Part shown: positions 9,953-18,213 of the stretch, piece after piece | Position numbering within the stretch: position 1 is the first letter of the stretch | Layout of the letters: each line of letters opens with the position of its first letter | From: Pyrinomonadaceae bacterium | Lineage (GTDB): Bacteria > Acidobacteriota > Blastocatellia > Pyrinomonadales > Pyrinomonadaceae | Assembly: GCA_036399835.1 (NCBI GenBank) | Contig: DASWMI010000168.1 | Location: forward strand, 15,008-79,007 | Length of the DNA stretch: 64,000 nucleotides | Direction of reading: 5' to 3' | The notes under the pieces: model-generated | The model's database searches: none | Told to the model about the DNA's origin: nothing | The model's input: only the letters and a program-made list of their open reading frames with translations | Translations under genes and position numbers: made by a program

Positions 9953-10273
9953 ATGAGTCGAAGACCGAACGTCAAGGGAGGGCGTCAGAAGCAGCGCGGG
10001 CGCGGCAAGACCTTCTTCTGGATTGCCGCTCTGGCAATCGTCACGATAGCCTTAATCTATTACGAGCAGGCGGCCATCCTCTACATCCTCGCCACGCTCG
10101 GCGTGACCGCGATACTGATTATCGTGGCGCTGGCGAATTTGAAGGATAAGGTCGCGGACGAGCCGCTTCCGGCAGACGATTCGGCGGCCATCGGCAGCGG
10201 CATCACGGCCACACTACCCCAGACCGCGACTAAGCCTCAGCGCACCACTCGCGCGGCAAGACGAGGCCGTTAA
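9953..10273 (+). CDS. small membrane protein (two predicted TM helices)
   Basis: GAGGAG Shine-Dalgarno, basic N-terminus, FFWIAALAIVTIALIYY and ILYILATLGVTAILIIVALA, and a terminator downstream. Confidence 0.6.
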   Translation: MSRRPNVKGGRQKQRGRGKTFFWIAALAIVTIALIYYEQAAILYILATLGVTAILIIVALANLKDKVADEPLPADDSAAIGSGITATLPQTATKPQRTTRAARRGR

Positions 10274-10330
10274 AGCTCTGAAGAAACCGAAGGGCGCGCC
10301 CATTAGTTTCAGCTTGAACACAGTCTTTTA

Positions 10331-10366
10331 GCCACAGTGCCCGAGGTCGGCGCTGTGGCGTTTTAG
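10331..10366 (+). terminator. rho-independent terminator
   Basis: GCCACAGTGCC (10331-10341) pairs with GGCGCTGTGGC (10349-10359), followed by GTTTT. Confidence 0.65.
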
Positions 10367-10442
10367 TCGAAGACACTCAAGAGCCACCATCAGCAAACGA
10401 TGGACACGTGCAGCGCGGCGCATGTTGAATAAAAACCAACCG

Positions 10443-10492
10443 GGCTATTGAATCAATCAACAAACGAATCAATAGCCTTTTATTCATCCTCC
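10443..10492. repeat. dispersed AATCAA/ATAGC hairpin element, copy A
   Basis: GGCTATTGA (10443-10451) pairs with TCAATAGCC (10469-10477), then TTTTATTCATCCTCC. It shares AAACGAATCAA, ATAGC and TCATCCT words with copies at 33530 and 36534. Confidence 0.5.
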
Positions 10493-11263
10493 GCGCTGGC
10501 CGCGCCCATCATTTCCCTTGACCGGTTTCTCCCTGGATTCGATCTCCTCCTTAATCTCTTCCACATCGGAGGCTACTTCCTGAAGATCGCTGCTCGTGCG
10601 TTTGACATCTGTGTGTATGGCCTCGACCTCGCCCGTAATCTCTTTAAGCGCTCCGCTCACCTCTTCTTTGACCTCCTCGGTCTTGTTCTTGACGGCCTCT
10701 TCAATGACTTCCAAAACCTCTCGCGGCTCCGGCGAGACCTTGAGCGCCTCCACTTCGGGGTCGGGCGTGAAATTAAAGCGATGACTCATCCCGTCAAGCT
10801 CTCTGGCAACCTGGTCCAGCATCTCTAAAATCTTGGCCGTCTTCTGTTCGGCCAGCAGGTTGACTTGCAGGTCAAGCTCCGCGCGACGCTCGCTGACCTG
10901 CGCCAGCCGGTTCTGCGAAATGAGGACGAAGGTCGAGAGGAAGATGGCTTCGAGCGAGACGATGAGCGTCAGCAGGCCGAAGGGGAAGGGGTCGAATTCG
11001 CTGACGTGCGGGATGTGCAGGAGACCTATGTTGAGCAGAATCCAGACGCCGAACCAGAAGGCGTGCATGTAAACAAACGCCATCGAGCCTGAGAATTCCG
11101 TGATCGCATCCGCGATTCGTTCCTGCGGCGTGCGCCCTTCAGCCGCCTGACGCTGCACAGCCGCGATGGCCTCTATATTCTTACGCACAATCTCGCTCTG
11201 TGCCTTAGACACTTCAGACGTTTCGCTCGCTGTGTGATTCTTATCCACTATCTCCTCGCTCAT
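10484..11263 (-). CDS. DUF1003-family membrane protein
   Basis: FSGSMAFVYMHAFWFGVWILLN...FDPFPFGLLTLIVSLEAIFLSTFVLISQNR matches the DUF1003 core. The C-terminal tail is acidic. Confidence 0.85.
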   Translation of the reverse strand: MSEEIVDKNHTASETSEVSKAQSEIVRKNIEAIAAVQRQAAEGRTPQERIADAITEFSGSMAFVYMHAFWFGVWILLNIGLLHIPHVSEFDPFPFGLLTLIVSLEAIFLSTFVLISQNRLAQVSERRAELDLQVNLLAEQKTAKILEMLDQVARELDGMSHRFNFTPDPEVEALKVSPEPREVLEVIEEAVKNKTEEVKEEVSGALKEITGEVEAIHTDVKRTSSDLQEVASDVEEIKEEIESREKPVKGNDGRGQRGG

Positions 11264-11408
11264 CCTGCGTGCATCCTCCGGCTCGCAAAAACTCTGGCGA
11301 CTTGAGTATATCCTATAACAAACATCGCCCGCGCGTGTTCAAATAAAGTTGGGCCAACGCGGCTCTCCCACAAGCTTGAGCGGCCACTTTTAACACAGAA
11401 TCTAACAG

Positions 11409-11437
11409 TTGAAACTTGAAGGCGTTTTGTGCATAAT
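11409..11437 (+). promoter_or_regulatory. sigma70-like promoter candidate
   Basis: TTGAAA (11409-11414), 17-nt spacer, CATAAT (11432-11437). Confidence 0.5.
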
Positions 11438-11443
11438 CTTGCC

Positions 11444-11538
11444 GCGTTCACCTCCCCGGTGGACGAAGTGGTCGCGTGGGGTGAGGACACGTGGCCTTAG
11501 GGTGGAGACGGTGGGAGGTCTCCACCCGTTTTATTTCC
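11444..11538 (+). ncRNA. candidate small RNA of about 95 nt (unclassified)
   Basis: Bounded by the 11409 promoter and a strong intrinsic terminator: GGGTGGAGAC 11500-11509 pairs with GTCTCCACCC 11518-11527, then GTTTTATTT. An internal CCTCCCC/GGGGTGAGG helix is present. There is no credible ORF. Confidence 0.4.
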
Positions 11539-11675
11539 GGTCCAGTTTTTCCGGCGCACAGGACAATCCGATAATGAGGGTGAAGGAATAGCTCCTGAGA
11601 ATGAACCGTGTCTCTCCTCTCAAAGCCTTCGGTCGTCGCGGCCTGCGCCTGAGGGTTGCGCTCGGCTGCACGCGC

Positions 11676-11703
11676 TTGACAGTGATAGGAGGCGGCGTAA
11701 AAT
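11676..11703 (+). promoter_or_regulatory. near-consensus sigma70-like promoter
   Basis: TTGACA (11676-11681), 16-nt spacer, TAAAAT (11698-11703). It lies about 285 nt upstream of the transporter ATG. Confidence 0.55.
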
Positions 11704-11994
11704 GGCGCTGTCCCGGTCAGTTCCGTTGGGCTTCAAGGACGCTCTCGAAAGGTTAAAGATTGAGGGCAAGAGGAGGAGAGCTTGCCTTTGATTTTCAGGG
11801 AAATCGGCTTACTGTACGCCGTACAGAAATCAAGCCCGTTTGCTCTCGAAAAAAGATCGTGCAGAGAGGGTCAACTTTCGTTGAAGAGCTACCACAGTTC
11901 GCGCTTTGTCCGGAGAGCTGCATCCTGTGGTCTTTTTCTTGCGCCGTTAAGCTGACCCGTCCTGCAAAGTCGTAGCGTATCGAGTGAGTTAGGA

Positions 11995-13917
11995 ATGACC
12001 ACATCCAATACTCCGCAGCAACGCTCGCCAAGTCCCTTCAAACGCTGGTTGTTTCAAGGTGTCAAGGAGGTCGCCGGACCACATGAGCGCGAGGGCGCGC
12101 ACCACCAGCATCCCTGGTGGAAAGTGATGTGCCTGACGGGCGTGGACTATTTCTCGACGCTCGGCTATCAACCCGGGATAGCCTTCCTCGCGGCGGGCGT
12201 GCTCTCTCCTATTGCAACGCTGATTCTGGTCCTCCTGACGCTCTTTGGCGCGCTGCCGATTTACAGCCGCGTGGCCGCCGAAAGCCCGCACGGGCAAGGC
12301 TCTATCTCGATGCTCGAAACGCTGCTCTCGCGCTGGCGCGGTAAGCTCTTCGTGCTGGTCCTGCTCGGCTTCGTCGCCACGGATTTCATCATCACCATCA
12401 CGCTCTCGGCGGCGGACGCGACGGCCCACGTCATTGATAATCCGTTTGTCGAAGCGCATGTCCCAATCCTGCGTCACCAGATAGGTGTCACGCTGGTCCT
12501 GATTGCTATTCTCGGCGCGGTCTTTCTCAAGGGCTTCAAAGAGGCGATAGGGCTGGCCGTGATGCTCGTCGCTGTTTATCTGGTACTCAACCTGGTTGTC
12601 GTCTCGGTAGGAATTTACGAGATTGCGACGCATCCGCAGAGATTGACCGACTGGAAGAGCGCTCTCTTTGCGCAGCACGGCAATCCGCTCAAGATGGTGG
12701 GCCTCGCGCTGCTCTTGTTTCCAAAGCTCGCGCTGGGCCTCTCAGGGTTTGAGACGGGGGTCGCCGTCATGCCGCTCGTCAAGGGGCCTGGACGCATACG
12801 CAATACGCGTATGCTGTTGATGACAGCCGCCCTGATTATGAGCGTCTTTCTGATTTCGAGCAGCTTTATCACGGCGACGCTGATTCCCGCAGAGGAGTTT
12901 CAAGAGGGCGGTGGCGCGAGCGGTCGCGCGCTGGCCTTCCTGGCCCATCAATTCCTGGGCGAGTGGTTTGGCACGGCTTACGATTTGAGCACGATTACGA
13001 TCCTCTGGTTCGCGGGCGCATCCGCGCTGGCGGGTCTTTTGAATATCGTGCCACGCTATCTGCCGCGTTACGGGATGGCCCCCGAATGGGCCAAAGCCAC
13101 GCGGCCTCTGACGATAGTCTTTATCATCATCGCCTTTACCGTCACGCTGATTTTTAAAGCTGACGTAGAGGCGCAGGGCGGAGCTTATGCTACGGGCGTG
13201 CTGGTGCTCATGAGTTCGGCTGCCGTCGCCGTGACCATCTCCGCCTGGCGCAGAAACGAGGGGCTGCGCTGGGCCTTTCTGCTCATCGCGCTGGTCTTCG
13301 CCTACACGACGATTCTCAACGTCATAGAGCGGCCCGAAGGCATCAAGATCGCGGGCTTCTTTATCGGTTCGATTATCTTTATCTCGCTTATCTCAAGAGC
13401 GCTGCGGACGACCGAGCTGCGCGTCGAAAATGTAGAGCTGGATGCGAAGGCCGAAGAGTTTATCAGCCAGGTGGGCCGTCGCGGCTCGATTCGCATCGTC
13501 GCCAACCGCTGCGACCGCGGCGACGCGCAGGAGTATATGCTGAAAGAGAGCGAGAAACGCGTGGACAATCATATCCCCGTCACGGACCCGATTCTTTTCT
13601 TTGAGGTGGTGCCGGGCGATGCTTCGGAATTTTCGGGCGTGCTCAAGGTCAAGGGCATAGATGTGGACGGCTACCGCGTGCTGCGCACGGAGAGTCCTGC
13701 CGTGCCGAACGCCATCGCCGCCTTTATGCTCTACCTGCGCGACAGAACGGGAAAGATACCGCACGTTTACTTTGGCTGGAGTGAAGGGAATCCGCTTGTT
13801 TACCTGCTCAGATACATAGCCTTCGGCGAGGGCGATACGGCTCCTGTGACGCACGAGGTGCTGCGCCAGGCCGAGGACGACCCGGAGCGCCGCCCGTCCG
13901 TGCATGTCGGCGGTTGA
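11995..13917 (+). CDS. APC-superfamily-like transporter with C-terminal cytoplasmic domain
   Basis: About 12 hydrophobic segments ([28 protein letters not shown]...) followed by a soluble domain of about 170 aa. Confidence 0.8.
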   Translation: MTTSNTPQQRSPSPFKRWLFQGVKEVAGPHEREGAHHQHPWWKVMCLTGVDYFSTLGYQPGIAFLAAGVLSPIATLILVLLTLFGALPIYSRVAAESPHGQGSISMLETLLSRWRGKLFVLVLLGFVATDFIITITLSAADATAHVIDNPFVEAHVPILRHQIGVTLVLIAILGAVFLKGFKEAIGLAVMLVAVYLVLNLVVVSVGIYEIATHPQRLTDWKSALFAQHGNPLKMVGLALLLFPKLALGLSGFETGVAVMPLVKGPGRIRNTRMLLMTAALIMSVFLISSSFITATLIPAEEFQEGGGASGRALAFLAHQFLGEWFGTAYDLSTITILWFAGASALAGLLNIVPRYLPRYGMAPEWAKATRPLTIVFIIIAFTVTLIFKADVEAQGGAYATGVLVLMSSAAVAVTISAWRRNEGLRWAFLLIALVFAYTTILNVIERPEGIKIAGFFIGSIIFISLISRALRTTELRVENVELDAKAEEFISQVGRRGSIRIVANRCDRGDAQEYMLKESEKRVDNHIPVTDPILFFEVVPGDASEFSGVLKVKGIDVDGYRVLRTESPAVPNAIAAFMLYLRDRTGKIPHVYFGWSEGNPLVYLLRYIAFGEGDTAPVTHEVLRQAEDDPERRPSVHVGG

Positions 13918-13990
13918 TGCTGGCAGGATGGTGCTGAAGGCGGCGAGCAGCCTTTGAAGGATTGAGACGTAAAAGGCTTGAATCCTAAAT

Positions 13991-14040
13991 CGTCAACGCG
14001 TGAATGGAAAGAGCAGTGCTTTACTATTCACGCGTTGACG
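13991..14040. terminator. bidirectional terminator hairpin between convergent genes
   Basis: Perfect 15-bp stem: CGTCAACGCGTGAAT (13991-14005) pairs with ATTCACGCGTTGACG (14026-14040). Confidence 0.7.
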
Positions 14041-14051
14041 TTTGATGGCTT

Positions 14052-14429
14052 TTACGCGCTTGCGTTATCTGGGGTGCGGCCTGCCAGAAAGCATGAGCGG
14101 CAGTAGACTGGGCGGCCCTGCGAGGGATAGAACGGGACGGTTGTCTGTTGCCCGCACTGCGCACACTGGACCGAGACCTCTATCCGCTGGCGCATCCCCG
14201 ATGCCTGTGCGGCGGCAATGGCGGCCAGCCTCTCATTCTTGGCCTGCTTGCAGGGCTTACACCGCTTAGGCTCATTCTTCAAACCTTTATCGTGAAAGAA
14301 GACCTGCTCGCCGGCGGTCCACACGAAGTCGTCTCCGCAGTCAACACACTTAATCGTGCGATCCTCGAATTCCTCTTCCGAGTGGCTCCACTTCCCGTTC
14401 GATTCGGTTACTACTTGTGTTTGTGACAT
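14052..14429 (-). CDS. zinc-ribbon protein (zf-trcl-like plus CxxC-x17-CxxC module)
   Basis: CVDCGDDFVWTAGEQVFFHDKGLKNEPKRCKPC and CAQCGQQTTVPFYPSQGRPVYCRSC. ATG at 14429 is preferred to GTG at 14444. Confidence 0.8.
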   Translation of the reverse strand: MSQTQVVTESNGKWSHSEEEFEDRTIKCVDCGDDFVWTAGEQVFFHDKGLKNEPKRCKPCKQAKNERLAAIAAAQASGMRQRIEVSVQCAQCGQQTTVPFYPSQGRPVYCRSCFLAGRTPDNASA

Positions 14430-14863
14430 GATGAAATCCCCCACCGATATGCTCTTTCTGCACGGGCGCGAAGCCGGGGCGCTCGTCCCCGTGCATGATT
14501 GTCAACGCAGGCAAACGAGGTATCTATGAACTCTTCAGACACGGAGCGAAAGTCTCTCTTCTGATAGCTCAAGCTCTCTTTCTGAGCCGGAAGATGCGCC
14601 GCTCATGCGTCTCTTCCGTCAGTTAAGGTCGAAAAGCTTTGCTTCTCCACCTCTCGCGGGCTGTTCGGGTAGGACCCCAGACCAGTTGGAGCAACAGCCT
14701 GTGTAACTGCAAATTATAACTATCACAAAATTGTGTCAAGCTTTCGCGAGCAGCCTTCCCATCAAGACCCGCACGGAGTCTTGACACAGCGCGCGCGCCG
14801 TGCCAGCATCCGGCCTCATCCGGCTGCTTAAATTTGACCCCGAAACGAGAATATTTACCGAAC

Positions 14864-16159
14864 ATGAAACTCCTCGTCGTAGGCTCTGGCGGGCGTGAAC
14901 ACGCGCTCTGCCATGTGCTCAGAAAAAGTTCCGCGCGGGCGCTGGAAATCTTCTGCGCGCCGGGCAACGACGGCATCAAGCAGGTAGCCGAGTGCGTCGC
15001 TGTGAATGCGACGGACACGCAGGCCCTCTCCCGATTCGCTCTCGAAAAGGGGATTGATTTAACCATCGTCGGCGGGGAAGCGCCGCTCGCCGCTGGCATC
15101 GTGGACCAGTTTGAGCGGCAGGGGCTGACAATCGCAGGGGCCAGCCAGAGCGCCGCGCGCCTGGAATCGAGCAAGGCTTTCGCCAAAGATTTTATGGCCC
15201 GGCACGGGATTCCCACCGCGCGTTATCGCATAGCGGATTCGGCGGGACAGGCGCTAGACATCTTGCGTCGCGGCGAGTTTGGCGGGGAGGAGGCTTCTGT
15301 GGTCGTCAAGGCCGACGGGCTGGCGGCTGGCAAGGGAGTCGTCGTCGCGCGCACGCGCTCGGAAGCCGGACGAGCGATTGAAGATTTGATGGAGCGTGGG
15401 ACAGCCGGAGCAGAGGCCGCGCGCCGCATTGTGATTGAAGAGGCGCTCGACGGGCCGGAAGCCTCGCTGCTGCTTTTTGCGGACGGGCGCGATTATGCGC
15501 TGATGCCTGCGGCGCGCGACCACAAGCGCATAGGCGAAGGCGACACAGGACCAAACACGGGCGGGATGGGCGCTGTCACGGACCGGAGCATCCTTGATGA
15601 AGAGACTTTAAGACGCATAGAGCTTGAGATTGTCCGCCCGACGCTGGAAGGCGCACGCACCGAAGCGATGCCCTTTCGCGGCGTGCTCTTTGTCGGCCTC
15701 ATGCTGACCGCAGACGGGCCGCGTGTGCTCGAATACAATGTTCGCTTTGGTGACCCGGAAACGCAGGCGATTCTAGTGCGTTTGAAATCGGACCTGGTAA
15801 ATATCTTTGAAGCAGTGGCGCATGGCGGGCTGGACCAAGTTCCGGTCGAATGGACCGATGAAGCTTCGGCTTGCGTAGTGCTGGCTGCACGAGGTTATCC
15901 GGGCCAGCCCGAAACGGGCGCGCCGATAGTGGGCCTCAAGCGTGCCGCGCGTGTGCCCGGTGTGGAAATCTTTCATGCGGGGACGCGGGCGACCGCGGAA
16001 GGCGAGTGGCTGACGGCGGGCGGGCGCGTGCTGGGTCTCACGGCTGCGGCTCGGAATCTCTCTGAAGCGCTCGACAGTTGCTACAGGGCCGCGAGCGAGA
16101 TTCATTGGGACGGGATGCAGTATCGCCGCGATATAGGAAAATTCAGAGAAAAGGGCTGA
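14864..16159 (+). CDS. purD: phosphoribosylamine--glycine ligase
   Basis: MKLLVVGSGGREHAL and full-length GARS similarity (ATP-grasp; GPNTGGMGA). Confidence 0.95.
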   Translation: MKLLVVGSGGREHALCHVLRKSSARALEIFCAPGNDGIKQVAECVAVNATDTQALSRFALEKGIDLTIVGGEAPLAAGIVDQFERQGLTIAGASQSAARLESSKAFAKDFMARHGIPTARYRIADSAGQALDILRRGEFGGEEASVVVKADGLAAGKGVVVARTRSEAGRAIEDLMERGTAGAEAARRIVIEEALDGPEASLLLFADGRDYALMPAARDHKRIGEGDTGPNTGGMGAVTDRSILDEETLRRIELEIVRPTLEGARTEAMPFRGVLFVGLMLTADGPRVLEYNVRFGDPETQAILVRLKSDLVNIFEAVAHGGLDQVPVEWTDEASACVVLAARGYPGQPETGAPIVGLKRAARVPGVEIFHAGTRATAEGEWLTAGGRVLGLTAAARNLSEALDSCYRAASEIHWDGMQYRRDIGKFREKG

Positions 16160-16380
16160 CGAATGAAGAGGTCTGCGCTACTCGCCGCGGCTCTTTCCGC
16201 TGATGATCTAGCGAGGCGCGCGTAACTCCTGCTATACTCAAATATGCCTCTTCGGAAAATGCAACCGTGTGACCCGAATTGGCGTACAACTAGAGGCCGG
16301 GCGAGTGGGCCAGTTTGCTTTTGTCAGATTGAATTTCCGAGGCCGCGCCCGATTTTGAATGCTGGAGGACTGAAGAGAAG

Positions 16381-17124
16381 ATGGGAGTCTGGACCAGGAT
16401 CAAGCGTTCTATGCGCGCACTGTTCGGGGGCATCGTGGAAAAGACGGAAGACCCGGAATTAATACTCCAGCAGACCATACGCGATATGCGCGACCGCGTG
16501 CCGGAGCTGAATAATTCCGTGGCCCAGGTGATGGCGACCGAAAGACTGCTCGCCAAGAACAAAGAGCGCCTGGAAGCACAGGTCGTGGACCTCGACTCGA
16601 AGATTAAAGCGTCCGTCAAGATGGGCCGCGACGACATCGCCACAGCCTACATAGGGCAGTTGCAGCAGGCGCAGGTTGACTTGCAGAAGACCGCGCAGCA
16701 ACTTGAGCACGCGACCGGAGCATCCAAGCAGGCACTAAAGGCGCGCGACAATTATGTGCTGCAAATGCAGCGGCGGACAGCCGAAGCCATGCAGCTCATC
16801 AACCAGTCGAAGCAGGCCAAGCTGCAAGAGCAGCTCGCGCAGACGATGGAATCATTCCAGCTCGGCGATGATGCTTCGACCTTTAACGAGATGCGCGACA
16901 AGATAGACCGCCGCGCCGCCGCCGCCGAAGCCAAGATGCAGCTCGGCTCTGCCTCCGTAGACACGCAGATGCAGGAGATCGAGCGCGAGGCGATGGACAT
17001 GCAGTTGCAGGATAAGCTGCTTGATTACAAGAGGCAGATGGGCCTGCTGCCCGCCGCGACGGACGACGGCAAAGCTCCCGAAGCTCTTCCGGCACAGGGC
17101 GAGACGAGCACGGGCAACCGTTGA
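16381..17124 (+). CDS. pspA: PspA/IM30-family protein
   Basis: The N-terminus MGVWTRIKRSMRALFGGIVEKTEDPELILQQTIRDMRD and the long coiled coil are typical of PspA/IM30. Confidence 0.9.
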   Translation: MGVWTRIKRSMRALFGGIVEKTEDPELILQQTIRDMRDRVPELNNSVAQVMATERLLAKNKERLEAQVVDLDSKIKASVKMGRDDIATAYIGQLQQAQVDLQKTAQQLEHATGASKQALKARDNYVLQMQRRTAEAMQLINQSKQAKLQEQLAQTMESFQLGDDASTFNEMRDKIDRRAAAAEAKMQLGSASVDTQMQEIEREAMDMQLQDKLLDYKRQMGLLPAATDDGKAPEALPAQGETSTGNR

Positions 17125-17250
17125 TGGCTCTCTGCTCCGGCTCTCAAGCAATAAGGCGCGTGGCTTGTAAGGACTATCGCCGGTGCGCGCAAATCTTGAG
17201 CGGGCAGCGCGTCTTTCGTAGTTGAGTTGGCATCGAATTGATAAACGGTC

Positions 17251-18087
17251 ATGGCAGATTTATCGAAGATCAATTTTCATTATCTAAAGGAAGCGCTCAA
17301 GGAACCCGTTAATTTCTGGGGCATGGCGGGTTTCGCCGTGGCCGCAGCCTACGAGGTGACAGTCATCCCGCTCGCGGTGGCGCTCGTCGCCGAAGGAGTT
17401 TATTTAGCTACCGTGCCTGCCAGTTCTTTCTATCGTCGCCTGGTTGATAACCGCCAGAAGAAGCGCCTGCGCGACCTGCGCGAAAAGCAGCGCGAAGAGT
17501 TGATTAAATCGTTCGACCCGCGCGAGCGCGAGGCCGTCGAGTATCTGCGCTGGATGAGAAATCAGATCTATTCCAACTACAAAAAGTTTACGGGAGCGCG
17601 CGAGATTCCAACGAACTTGCAGACGCTGGACCAGCGCTGGGAAGATTTCGTGGACCTCCTGGACATCTATCGTCGCCGCAAGAAACATCTGCGCTCGATC
17701 AACCGGCAGGCGATTGAAAATCAGTTGAAGCAGTCCGAGCGCGCCGTCGAAGGCTCGCCCGACGACCGCTCGCGCCGCATACAACAGGCCAACGTAGAGA
17801 TACTCAAACGCCGCGTGGCCGCCTTTAATGATCTTGAGAAATCGGTCAAGCTGGTCGAGGGACAGTTGCAATCCATCGAAAACTTCTTCGGGTTGGTCAA
17901 CGATCAGGTCGTCACGCTGCCCACGCCCGAGCGCGTCTCTTCGCTAGACTTCGAGCAGCTCAGCGATTCCATCGCCATGACGCGGCAGATGCTCGAAGAT
18001 ACCTCAGACATGATGGGGCCGCTCGACAGCCACAACCGCGAGATAGGCAATTACGACCTTCTGACCAACACGACGCCCTCGAAGTAA
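17251..18087 (+). CDS. hypothetical membrane-anchored coiled-coil protein downstream of pspA
   Basis: A hydrophobic hairpin (FWGMAGFAVAAAYEVTVIPLAVALVAEGVYLATV) followed by a helical Arg/Lys/Glu-rich domain. A terminator lies downstream. Confidence 0.65.
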   Translation: MADLSKINFHYLKEALKEPVNFWGMAGFAVAAAYEVTVIPLAVALVAEGVYLATVPASSFYRRLVDNRQKKRLRDLREKQREELIKSFDPREREAVEYLRWMRNQIYSNYKKFTGAREIPTNLQTLDQRWEDFVDLLDIYRRRKKHLRSINRQAIENQLKQSERAVEGSPDDRSRRIQQANVEILKRRVAAFNDLEKSVKLVEGQLQSIENFFGLVNDQVVTLPTPERVSSLDFEQLSDSIAMTRQMLEDTSDMMGPLDSHNREIGNYDLLTNTTPSK

Positions 18088-18127
18088 AAGGCTCTCTCAA
18101 AACGCCGCGAGAGCGAGAAGGGTAAAA

Positions 18128-18177
18128 AAAGCATGAGAGGCGACGGAAATTTAATTTCCGTCGCCTCTCATGCTTTT
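18128..18177. terminator. bidirectional terminator hairpin
   Basis: Stem of about 22 bp, AAGCATGAGAGGCGACGGAAAT / ATTTCCGTCGCCTCTCATGCTT, flanked by an A-run and a T-run, between convergent genes. Confidence 0.8.
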
Positions 18178-18213
18178 CGGAGCGCGCGAAGGCTAACAGC
18201 TTGAAGTCTCGCG

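Noticed and set aside
14445-14863. ZTP/pfl riboswitch or clear promoter upstream of purD
   Set aside because: I saw no GGGTCGTGAC...CCGCCTGGG-type consensus. The only TTGACA has a poor -10 (CAGCAT).
16160-16380. Sigma54 (-24/-12) promoter upstream of pspA, as in E. coli
   Set aside because: The GG and GC elements in GTGGGCCAGTTTGCT have the wrong spacing for TGGCAC-N5-TTGC.
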